From Enoplolaimus lenunculus (Eukaryota), in assembly GCA_030248215.1 (NCBI GenBank), contig JASANG010002922.1, positions 62,001-126,000 of the forward strand: a stretch of DNA of 64,000 bases. Direction: 5' to 3'. Below, one piece after another: positions 11,538 through 22,512 of the stretch. The notes beneath the pieces were generated by a model that made no database searches, was not told the origin of the DNA, and saw only the letters and a list, made by a program, of their open reading frames with translations. The position numbers were made by a program, and so were the translations under genes. Each line of letters opens with the position of its first letter. The first letter of the stretch is position 1.

Positions 11538-12318
11538 GGCTCATGTATAGAAAAGGGCCGGAACAGGAGTAAAAGAATATTCCTAAGCCTAGCCTACGCC
11601 TAAGCCTAAGCGTATGGATTAGCCTATTGCTAAGCCTAAGCCTAAGCGTATGGATGAGGGTTTAGTGGGTTTGGAGGGCTTATGCTTTGGCTTAGGTTTG
11701 GGATCAAGTTTAGGCTTTATAGTTGAAAGGTTTTTATATGTTAGCATGGGCAGTACAAAAATGACTAAAACGTGTGCGATTTCACAGTGATTAAAAAAAT
11801 TCGGCGCACTATAATAGTTAGAAGTGTACACGACGGGCAGGGCGTCTTCTATTTGGGGGGAAGCACCGAATAAATTTGCGGACCCCTTACAATTGGAATT
11901 CAAGATTGTTTGTTTGGAAAGCCCAGCCAATTTTGGGGGGCACGACACCTTAATACTTTCCCGTGGGTACACCTATGACAGGAAGGAAACAGGGGACGCA
12001 TAACATCTTAAATTTAATAGAGACAAGAAAAACAGTTGTACCTACTTTTGAATAAACTTCTGGAACCTAGAGGTTAACAGAATTTCTTGTACCTAAAAGG
12101 TATAAATGCCAGCCCCGAACAAAAATTATGTCTGCGCCCCTGAACTTTTATTTCACTAAGCGTATTCCTAAGCCTAAGCCTAAGCCTAAGCGCAAGAATG
12201 AGCATATTCCTAAGCCTAAGCCTTAGTCTAAACCAAGCAAAAAAATTAGTCTAAAGCTTAAGCTTACTCTATTGCGGTCCCACAGAAAAACGTTCCGCCC
12301 CTGATCTTTACATGTGCC
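11538..12318 (+). mobile_element. Telomeric-repeat MITE (family A): left half 11538-~11657 and right half ~12155-12318, separated by unrelated sequence
   Basis: Left end GGCTCATGTATAGAAAAGGGCCGGAAC followed by (GCCTAA)n; right end GTTCCGCCCCTGATCTTTACATGTGCC preceded by (GCCTAA)n. Confidence 0.7.
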
Positions 12319-13502
12319 ACCGTCTTAGACGAAACGTGACTATAGAAAACTAAAATTGTATCGTTTGGAAAAAAAACTAATACTAATAATCTAGGACAGC
12401 AACAAAAATTAGTAATAGTTTCAAATTGAAACGCGATAAAAAGAGTTGTCCCACCGTTTTAATGTAGACGCCAACTACGAACAGAAACAGCCAAGCTAAA
12501 ACTAGAAAAACGAAAATTGAAATATTATTAAAATACAGAAAACGCACTACTGTTGCACTGGGGAACGCATGAGAGTACCCAAGCCATGGTATCTGCTGGC
12601 AGGGATCAAAGCTTAAATTTGGGGCTAAGAGTTAAAATTGACGCTTGGCTTGTCGCTTGCTTCGATCGCGTGTGGACTATTTTTCAACCGTTGTATCTGA
12701 CACAATCTTCCCCGTCCGAAACCTCTGGATCGGACAACAATGGTGTGTTCATTGTCAAAAGTATTTTATTCTATAACACGATAGTGTTTACCTATAATAT
12801 GTTTCGTTTTGTTCAAAGTCATTTTGTTGCACCAAAATGCAGCACTGAAAACGAGCTGCTTTGGTTTCGAATTTAAAATTCGACACAGAATAAAAATTTT
12901 TGTAACCGAAAGAACAGCAAAAAAAGTTTTCAAATTAATTGGCAAAAACTTTTTTCGATGCATGAACTGGGAGAGAGAGAGTTTGGGTCGCCGGCAAAAT
13001 ACTGTTTAGTTGTCTATCGACTATTGCAGTATATTTGACAATGTTACCTTTCAGATGTTTGAAACAAATTATAAATTTTTATAAAGAGAAATAAAACAGA
13101 AAAAAGTTTCAAAAATTAATGAAATTAATACAATTTTAGTTCAATATATGATGTATTGAAATCAGTGTTATATTTTTGAAGGCTTTTTAGTTTTGATTAG
13201 AACTGTTTGCTGTTTTGATAACAAATTTTTAGAAACATGAAACGATTGACGTTAACAGTTTCATGGCCCATAATCTCAGATGAGTATACCAACTATTATC
13301 AATTAGTAATACGTTTTCAAACTCACTAACTATTGCAGTTGTTGAACTTAACATTGGTACAAGAGTAGAGCAAATCATGTGCGTAAAATGTGCTTATAGT
13401 TTGAGCCTCTGCATTATCTGGTTCGAAAGTTACAAGACGTATCACCAACTGGTGGTAGGTGCCACATACATTTAAAAATACGGGCCCATATTTTATGTTA
13501 CA

Positions 13503-13757
13503 GTGAGACGGCGGTGTTATGCGGTTCGGGCTTTATTTAAAATTCGGATATTTACAAGGTATATATGTTGTAGGCCAATCTGCTAGACAGGCCAATTACC
13601 TATTGGCCTAGGTAAATTTGTTATTCTTAGCAAATAGCAGATTGGTCTAGGACAATTGGTAATTGGCCTGTCTAACAGATTGGCCTACGACATATATGCC
13701 TTGTAAATATCCGAATTTTAAATAAAGCCCGTATCGCATATAACACCACCGTCTCAC
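13503..13757. repeat. Near-perfect foldback palindrome (~255 bp)
   Basis: GTGAGACGGCGGTGTTAT...AGGCCAATTACC mirrored by GGTAATTGGCCT...ACACCACCGTCTCAC; related TTGGCCTACGACATATA end at ~13969-13985. Confidence 0.85.
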
Positions 13758-14433
13758 CCAGCAGATTGGCCTAGGCCAAATAGCGATTGTAAGATGTTGC
13801 AAAATAACAGTGATATAAAACAAACGCTGATTGGTTAAAGGTATAGCATCTGTTTAAATAATCAAATCTGATTCATCTATTAGTTTAGTTGTAGTTTAGC
13901 CTATGCGACACTGTTATTACTCAAACTAGCAGAATGGTCTAGGCAAATTAGTTGGCCTGAATAGCAAATTGGCCTACGACATATAAACGTCAAACTATTC
14001 GACACATAAAAATTTCCTTTAAAATAATAAGAATTTTCATTCTTAAATTTTCAAGACTGGAATGTTTAGAATTTTCGAAATTAGAGTTTGAAAAGTTTAT
14101 AAAACATAAATGTCTTTTATTCAAGAAAATAATTGTTGCCAATTACTAATTTGTCTATGAGGTGTCAGCATTTGCATCCCTGACATCTTATAGTGCAGTG
14201 TATTAATGCGTAGTGTTTTGCAAATTTTTTGCTCTCTATTTAATTTCATCTCAAAATATATATTATATAATTAATAATCTAGTGTGGGTCTGGTGGCGAA
14301 AAAGAACTTTGGTATTTGAACCAACTCAGTACAGCTAAATATACGTTTCAAAACTAAAACCTTATACTTAAAAACTAAACATTTCACAGACTAAACGTAC
14401 GCTAAAACTGGAGAGAACGCGTAGCAAAGCATT

Positions 14434-14798
14434 GGTTGGGTTTCTAAAATTCTACTTAAGTACGATTCGTTCTTAAGTATGTGTTAAGTATTTAATTACT
14501 TAGCTAATTTACCGTTTCTAAAAGCGTACTTAAGTTAAGTAAATACTTAATTCACTGAAAATTTTTGATATGTTACAGACTATCAGTTTACGTGCTTTAA
14601 CCATGGAGTAAACTTAAATTGTAGACTTATCGTATCTCGTAACATGAAGCAAAATTAAAGCTTCCTGGTTAATGTCGCTGGTTTAATTTTGGCATTTATT
14701 TGTTTTCGGTTAAAAAGTTTAGTCTTCAAGTACTTAAGTCGGCTAATTATGTCAATAAGCATAACTTAGCAAATACTTAAGATTTCGAACGCCCAGCC
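14434..14798. mobile_element. MITE with GGYTGGG ends (possibly PIF/Harbinger-like)
   Basis: ATT|GGTTGGGTTTCTAAAAT...ATTTCGAACGCCCAGCC|AAT with internal ACTTAAGT motifs; matching ends at ~17257 and ~61193. Confidence 0.6.
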
Positions 14799-15415
14799 AA
14801 TAATTCTTAAATATAACACAACTTGTTCTGCGTGCTGCTGACAAAATTCTCTGTAAGTTTTAAAAGCGATATTTACACGTGCAAGTTTTTGCAGTAGGAA
14901 CTGACAATTATAACGTTCTTGTGAGAGCAAGCTAGAGGTCTGGCAGACATTTCAACCCGTTGCTAATGTTTCTCTCACAAGTTTTTAGCTCATGCTAAGC
15001 CTAAACAACCCAAATCTTACTTCTGTAGCGCAAATGAACTAAATAAACGTCTGTATGAACAGGCCTATTTAACCAAAAAAATGACCAAGGGCTAATTTCT
15101 GTGCGTGAAACGGTTTTTTAGTAGTAGTCCGTATCTCTAATAAGGGGCTGTAAGCGGATAGAGTCCCTAAACCGTAATTAGAGTTCATAAATATCAGTTA
15201 TCCCTAATTTGTAGTGCATAAGTGACTCCAGGTCCAAAAGTAAGTATAACTTTGCGTTATCGCTTTAGTTTTTTTATATCAGACAAGTAAACGTTTAATT
15301 CAACGGATAATTGCAATACCGGATATATATCAGCAACGAAGGGCGGCTGATCTCGTGTTAAAATAAATAACAGCCCGTAACCGAATAACAGGGGTACCCT
15401 CTGGAGAGGCCAAAT

Positions 15416-15573
15416 GGCCCATGTAAAGATCAAGGGCGGAACGTTTTTCTGCGGGTCTAGAAAAGAGTAAGCTTAAGCTTTAGACAATTTTTTGCTTTGC
15501 TTAAGCTTATGTTTAGGCTTAAGCTTAGGAATATGCTTATCATACTGTTCCGCCCCTGTTCTATATATTGGCC
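15416..15573 (-). mobile_element. Telomeric-repeat MITE (family A)
   Basis: GGCCCATGTAAAGATCAAGGGCGGAAC ... TTAGGCTTAAGCTTAGGAATATGC ... CCCTGTTCTATATATTGGCC. Confidence 0.85.
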
Positions 15574-16559
15574 GTTTGTCCTTTCTAGTTATTTTGAAAG
15601 AAATGTATATCCCTCTGTGGTCTCTTTCGTTAGACCCGTGAACAGTTCATTTTCTAAGGTGGCCAAAAGTTTTCAGGAGGGGCATGAAAGGGTTTCCGAT
15701 GGTTTAGAAGCGAGCTTAAAAAATTTTCTTGGAGGGATTTAAATTTTTGCGGCACTATTGTAGTTGCTCCGGTTACAACATAAAGATGGGCGAATTTTTT
15801 CGCAAACACCCAAACATTTTGAACCAATTTAGTGCTATTTTTTTCTCATTACACTCCTGTGCTCTGAAATTTTCGCATTTTGAAAGGATACAATGCCGTA
15901 TCGGGGGTTATCACTCTTCAATCCCCCAAAGCAATTCGCTATTGGTACAGATAAAATCGGTCGTAAAGTATCCTAAGACTGTGAATGCGGGTATAAAGTA
16001 CTTAAACCTGTGAGGGTAACTTTCCGTCTGCTTATGTTAAAAGCCCAATTTTTCTCCGGGGTACGAGCACCGCCTATACAGCTGCCTCGACTCAGGCTAC
16101 GAAACCGGTAATTATCCGTCCTTCGAGAGTATGTTGAGTTGAATTTTCGTGCAAATTTTTTGAGTGTTTTTACGCAATCGAAAAACACAAATGTCAATGC
16201 AATACAATTTATATACAACTATAATAATGTGATGACGTCGTATATGAATGCAAAACATTTTTCAACAAATCGAGGAGATACAACTTAAAAATTGATAAGG
16301 CAGCGTTTAATCGCGTTGTTTGTCGCCGCTAAAACATGGAATTGAGGCCAGTGTTGATATTAATCAAATATTTTGAACACCAAAATTAGTTAACTTTTTT
16401 TGCCAAGACAACAAAAAATGTCTCATTTTTGACAAACGATTGTTTTAAAAGTGAAAGTGGCTGTTTTTGCAATTTGAAATCGAATTTTCGAAGCTGTTTT
16501 CATTTTTATTTTTTTTAAATATTTGGTTTATAGCAAAAGTCGATGATGCCTACTTTATA

Positions 16560-17152
16560 ACAAGAGTATGCAACTATGGCTGCGTTCTGTGTCGGAAAGA
16601 ATGTACACGGCACGCGTTGCATTTTTGGCCCACATCCCTCTATTTTATTATGAGAGGGATACAACTTGTACGAACCATGACACTTTATGTGTCTGGTATC
16701 AAAAATTGCTCTGCTTATAGATTAATTTAGGGTTGTTGCATGTGACAGAGACCCCCAATCTGAACAAGGGGGGTTGGCCAAAAACGCAACGTCGGCTGGT
16801 ACATTTGGTACCATGCGGAACTCCAAGAGTTGCTTACTCTTCTATAACGCACTTGTGGTTATAGAAAGAGTACATGATCACTCTTAATAGACAAGAGTGT
16901 GCAACTACTGTGGTTGTGCATGATGCAAAATGTACCCGGTATGCGTTGCGTGACCGACTCCATCCCTTGATTGGGGAGACTACTTACCCCTTTGAGCCAG
17001 AGGATAAATATAGGCTTGACAAATATTATCGTAGCAACTTGAGTTTCGATTAAAAAATTAGCGCACGTACCCAACTAAATAAAGGGGCGGGTCAAAAACA
17101 CAATGTGTGCTGGATATATTTTGCTCATGGAATGTGCCCAGTTGCATACTTA
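16560..17152. mobile_element. Two adjacent MITEs with AAGAGTRTGCAACT ends (family G)
   Basis: Ends AAGAGTATGCAACT / AGTTGCWTACT; the ~16560-16840 unit recurs inverted at ~29100-29380. Confidence 0.65.
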
Positions 17153-17267
17153 CTTGACTAAAATAAGCTTATAAAAACGATAAAATAGTTAAGTAATTAT
17201 TTGAAACACAAACTGAAGTGCTAAGTCGTACTTAAGTAGAGTTTCAGAAACCCAGCCTTTATTGCTT

Positions 17268-17570
17268 ATTTAGTCTGAAAATGTTTTCGGTTTAAAATTT
17301 TTCAGCTTGTAAACTTAAAAATTCCACATTTAGTCTGAAAATCTTCTTGGGTTTAAAATTTTTCAGCTTGTAAACTTAAAAATTCCACATTTAGTCTGAA
17401 AATGTTTTCGGTTTAAAATTTTTCAGCTTGTAAACTTAAAAATTCCAGATTTAGTCTGAAAATGTTTTCGGCTTATAATTTTTAGCTTGTATACTTAAAA
17501 ATTCCACATTTAGTCTGAAAATGTTCTTGGGTTTAAACTTTTTCAGCTTGTAGCCTTAAAAATTCCACAT
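17268..17570. repeat. Minisatellite, ~60-bp unit x5
   Basis: ATTTAGTCTGAAAATGTTTTCGGTTTAAAATTTTTCAGCTTGTAAACTTAAAAATTCCAC repeated head-to-tail. Confidence 0.95.
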
Positions 17571-17976
17571 ATCAATCGACGTCACACTGTGTGATACAAA
17601 GGATTAAATAGTATAATTGGGTGCATTCAGTGCTTTTTTGACCTTGTAGTTTTAAAACGTCATGCTTAATTATAATTAATTTGTCAGTTAAACACTAATA
17701 TTATATATTCTTTGTGTTATAAAATGAATTATGCGCGTTGTATCTGGAAATTTTTTAAGACATTTGGGTGGAAAACGCTTTTTTAACGAGTATGCATCAA
17801 TGGTTGAGATTTAATATCGACCTGGCCAAAGTTTACTATATTTGGTGAAAGGATACATGAACAAAATATTAAAAAGTTTGACACTGGAGTCTCAAACTAC
17901 TGTAGCAAATATAATTAGAAGTCAGCTTATTTAGAATGGGACGCGAGATTAATAGAAGTTAAGGGTACCGATATTG

Positions 17977-18307
17977 GGCCCATGTATAGAACAGATCCGG
18001 AACAGTAGTGTAAGCATATTCCTGAGCGTAAGCCTAAGCCGAAGCCTATGCCAAAACGTAAGGATAAGCCTACTGCTAAGCCTAAGCCTAAATCTAAGCC
18101 TAAGCCTAAGCCTAACCTAAGCCTAAACTTAAGCTTAAACGTAAGGATAAGCCTATACCTAAGCCTAAGCCTAAAGCTGAACCTAAGCCTAAACGTAAAG
18201 ATGAGCCTATTCCTAAGCGTAAGCAAAAAAAGTTAGTCAAAGAAGCTTAAACTAACTGTATTACAGCCCCACCGGAAAACAATCCGGCCCTGTTCTATAC
18301 GTTGGCC
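17977..18307 (+). mobile_element. Telomeric-repeat MITE (family A), longest array
   Basis: GGCCCATGTATAGAACAG ... ~200 bp of GCCTAA-type repeats ... CCCTGTTCTATACGTTGGCC; flanks CGATATTG / CTGTATTG (6/8 TSD). Confidence 0.9.
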
Positions 18308-19253
18308 CTGTATTGAATATGAATCAATACACGTCTATGCTTAGAATTAGTGTCTGTAAATGGCAAAAATATATACGGAAGAGATATACAATGCAGTGCA
18401 AATCAGATTTCATTACATTAATTTTGTCTGTCACCGTTTGAGATATGCTGAGTTCGTATAGATTTATTATGTATTAGGCAGGTTTGTGAGGTAACGCTGA
18501 TTCTATTCGTTTTGCAATTTTTTCTTTTCGCTGAAAATCAATAAATAAATAAACAAATAAATAAATATATAATATATAATATGTATAATATATATATATA
18601 ATATACATAATTATCGGTCCTAGGATTATTCTTCGGCGGGGGGGTGGGCTTTTAGAGATTATTTTTTATATTTTAGACCGTGTAAACGTAATTGAATCTG
18701 TTCTAAAACTTTAACTGTTTGTGAAAATTTTGCCAGGGAGCGCTTTCATTTAACATGACCGCCCCTGATATATTTATCGTTTCATAAATCTGAGTAAAAC
18801 AACTGCGTAATAAATTACTCGGTTTGTGTATATATCTTGTGAAATTTCATAGAATTTTAACAATCCGCAACGTCAAACGTTGGATGGTATAAGTATGGGG
18901 GCCAGTTAGTATTTCCTGCTGGTATCCGCCCCCCGTCTCTGAATGTTTTGCAAACTTTAGATTCTAATGACCTCCAATGATTATTGTGCCCCAAATTTGA
19001 TATTTTAAAAATCTTGAAATTATTGTAGGTCATATATTAAATGCTCAAAGGAATGTTTGTGGTCCACAGAATTTTTGGCGTTGACTATTAAGAATAGTTA
19101 ACCTATGATGCCATGTTATACAGCTTGCAAAGCGCCCCAGCAATCTGAACAGAAACCATGCCCTGTAATCTTTTCGCTTGTTCTCTGTTATTGGCTGTTT
19201 TTGTGTCATAATTTATATAAAAAAACAACACGCAATTCGCCGTCAACCTTTTC

Positions 19254-19560
19254 GCCAATGACTAGAACCGGGCCGCGACAGTAGTATAAGCATATTCCTA
19301 AGCCTAAGCAAGCCTATGTAAAAAAGTATTAGTCTAAAGGTTGTAATGGTTAAGCTTACACTATTGCAAAGCCGCAGAAAAACGATCCGACCCTGATCTT
19401 TGGTCAATGTTTCAAAGAGTCTAAACAGCACAGAATGACATACAATAGTTTGAATTTGCACCGTTTCCTCTAAATATTTTAATGCTATTTTAGTTGAGAA
19501 AGTCAAACCTTTTCGCCAATGTATAGAACAGGGCCGTAACAGTAGTACAAGCATATTCAC
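19254..19560 (+). mobile_element. Telomeric-repeat MITE (19254-~19404) plus a duplicated left end with flank (~19502-19560)
   Basis: GTCAA(A)CCTTTTCGCCAATG..TAGAAC..GGGCCG..ACAGTAGTAYAAGCATATTC occurs twice, ~260 bp apart. Confidence 0.75.
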
Positions 19561-19736
19561 TAAGAGAAAACATTGTGAGTTTCATACAAATAATATGCGT
19601 CGACAAATCTATAGCTCGACAGATCTGTCGATGAAGCATCCTCAAATCCTCAAACCGCTCCCAGTGCATGTACTGTTGTTCTTACGCGTGTCCACGGCGA
19701 GTTTTTAATGTTTAACGCAAACTCGTGACATTCCTC

Positions 19737-20045
19737 ACTGTAGATTTCAGTGAGTTGATTTTAACTCAGAATGAGTTTAATCACTCAGTCTGAGTTTAAG
19801 ACTATCAGAGTTCAAAATTTTGAGTAGATTCAATCGTTTTGAATCAACTCATCCAGAGTCAACTCAACTCAGAGTGAGAATCAACTCAACTCAGAGTGAG
19901 CATCAACTCAACTCAGAGTGCGAATCAACTCACAACTCAAAGTGAGAATCAACTCAACTCATAGTGAGTAAATTTTGCTGTTATTAGCTCAGAAAAAACT
20001 AATTTTACGTCTGAGTTGATTAATTGACTTTTAGGAATTCACAGG
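19737..20045. mobile_element. CACTG-ended MITE with TCAACTCAACTCAGAGTGAG tandem subrepeats (family E)
   Basis: ~21-bp subrepeats at 19858-19968; inverted relative at ~24650-24885. Confidence 0.65.
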
Positions 20046-21431
20046 TGTATACTCATTCTAGGATTTTGATAACACCGAAGCTTATCAAATTCGTCAAAAT
20101 ACGCTACTTTGCGGCGTTATATATTTCGTCGTCTATAAGACGTGTACGATGAACGCCAATTGTTTTGCTGTTTAGGTAGTAAAAGTATATTTCAGTGAAA
20201 ATATTCGGTTCAAAATACAACAAAAATACTTCTTATTTTAAATTATGCTTAATTTTGTTTTGATCATCGCGAAAATATTGCAATGCAGTCGATTGTTTTT
20301 GCAGTCATAACTGCACCCGAATGCAGTTGCAAGCTGCGCATTTTAATATACTGAAAAATTAAAATTCAATAAGACGTAGTATATACAGGAAATGATATTT
20401 AATTTATTAATATTTGAACTTACATTTCACGTTAACTTTCCCATATGTAACATTGCGTTATGCAATCTTTGTGCAAATTGCATATATGCAATACAATTGC
20501 TACAAGTTAACAGCATATAGCAGTAACCGAGGAACTTGATCTGATGGATGCCTTGTGAAAAAAGCAGGCTAAATATTGGTTCTTAAGATAAAATAGGCTA
20601 CCACTAGCAAAGATCATGCGAGCCAGTGATTTATTTGACTGAAATTAACTCGGTTGGGGGTGGTCCCCTTGACTTTATACTGCGATTGCGCTCCTGATAT
20701 ATATATATGCATTATATAGTTATATATTTAGATATTGTAATTGCAATTATATATACAAAATATGCAAGTTGCATTTTATATATATGTAACAAATGTTAAC
20801 ACACAAATGGCGAAAAATGATAAGCGCAGTTGCCGAAATCGACGAAAAATATTCTATGATAAATTGCTTGTAGTAAAAATAACACAGCGCGTCTTTGTGC
20901 GTCGTTATTCATGAACAACGGGTCGGTCGCTGATAGAATGTTCGAATTTTCAATGCTTCCATCTCATGATCAGCTCTGAGTCTTGACCAGAGCAGTAAAC
21001 GGATGTCCATTTCCGTTTTCGGATTGCTTATGGTTGAAAATCAAATCGGATTTTTAATACAGGGTCGCGTGAACGTGCAGGCTGTATCTCAGGTTTACGA
21101 AAAGGCTAACTTATGTCTAAGCTTAAGCGCAGGTTTGGGAAAGTGTATCAGATCCCTGCGTTTTAATCTCACCAGCCCGTATTGGTGATAATTTTGGCAT
21201 ATAAACTAGATACGTCCAAAGCAGACCAGGGTTCTTGAAGCAATGAAGTACGAAACATGAAGTACATACAACACAAATTCACACAAACTTTAAGCTAGCG
21301 CCATAGTTTAAGTTTCGGAACAGTAAAACGTATCCTCTGTGAAGAGAAAATTTCTGAATTCTAAAATGCATTCGACACTTATTTAAACCTGGAATGCCCC
21401 ACATACGTATTTTGGGCAACGTTTCAGTATA

Positions 21432-22096
21432 CACACAAAATAAATTGTTTTAAAATGTCAAGACTCATACTTTCATAATTTTTAAAGACATAAATGCCTT
21501 GTATTCCAGACATTAATAGCCTCAAACAGCTCAGAAATTCGTTTCTTAAATGGTTAAAACATAAAATGTCTTATATTCAAGAAATTGCTATTGCCAATTT
21601 ATAAGACATAAATTTCTTTCTTTCAAGAAACAATTGTCTTTATTCATGGATTTATTTTCGGATTTTTATGTATGTAAAAAAGTTACTTCGTTTATATTCT
21701 TAAGAGAGTATATAAATACTTGAATTTAAAAGTTATTTCGAGATGAGCTCAAGCGTTCCTCAACCTATGTTTACGTCTTGGTCGTATCTTTAGGTTGTAA
21801 AATTAGGGTATCGGGTTGAGCTTTAGCCACCAATTTTGGAGTCGGTTAACATGGCAAATCTCTGTGTTTACGACATGTTTGTCTTTATATTTCAGAAATA
21901 TTTGTCTTAATCGTTCATAAAACAAAGTGTTATATTCAAAAGATTTAAGTGTGAAAACTTCTAGAAAAATATTTCTGAAATATTTAAGAAATAAAGTCTT
22001 GAATTGAAGACATATATGGCTGGAGTCTGTATCAAGACATAATTGTCTTAAATTTCAGACAATGTTTCTTGAATACAAGACAATTTATTTCGAGTG
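21432..22096 (+). mobile_element. ~660-bp CACAC-ended non-autonomous element (family F)
   Basis: TA|CACACAAAATAAATTG...CAATTTATTTCGAGTG; homologous copies at 35955-36593 and 36867-37556. Confidence 0.8.
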
Positions 22097-22512
22097 TGCT
22101 TTGTTTACAATATTTGGTTAGAGCAGAAACGTGATTGTTCTGTGAAAAGAAGTATTCCATGCAAATTGTAGCGCATTCGTTACCTCTTGCATTTTGCTCA
22201 AATCCGGCTGACTAGTAGTGTTTACTATTTTTCAACCGTTAACGTATATTTGGATTTTTAGCTTAATAGCTGATGCAATAAACTACGATAGTCTTTAGTA
22301 CAAAACCTATAGCATTGAATTTTATTAGAACATCTTAAATGTTGTGGTAACTGTAGCATATGCCAAAAATTATCAGTTTTACCTCACAATTAGCAACTTA
22401 TAACGATTAATCCGATATCAAAGTTTCTGTGATCTGTTCCTTTGATTTTGCCACTTTGATCAACCTTATATTTATCTTAACCAATCGTTGTGTAATCTTC
22501 AGTGGTAACAAA

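Noticed and set aside
11538..12318. TTAGGC tracts as a real telomere or chromosome-fusion scar
   Set aside because: The tracts are short, degenerate and bounded by the MITE's TIRs, with genes on both sides.
17268..17570. Regular repeat as a possible CRISPR array
   Set aside because: Units are contiguous with no unique spacers, there are no cas genes, and the context is eukaryotic.
17927..18236. ORFs with LGLGL / KPKPK repeats (also 11619..11972, 28805..28999, 54384..54578)
   Set aside because: They are translations of the TTAGGC/GCCTAA arrays in family A MITEs.
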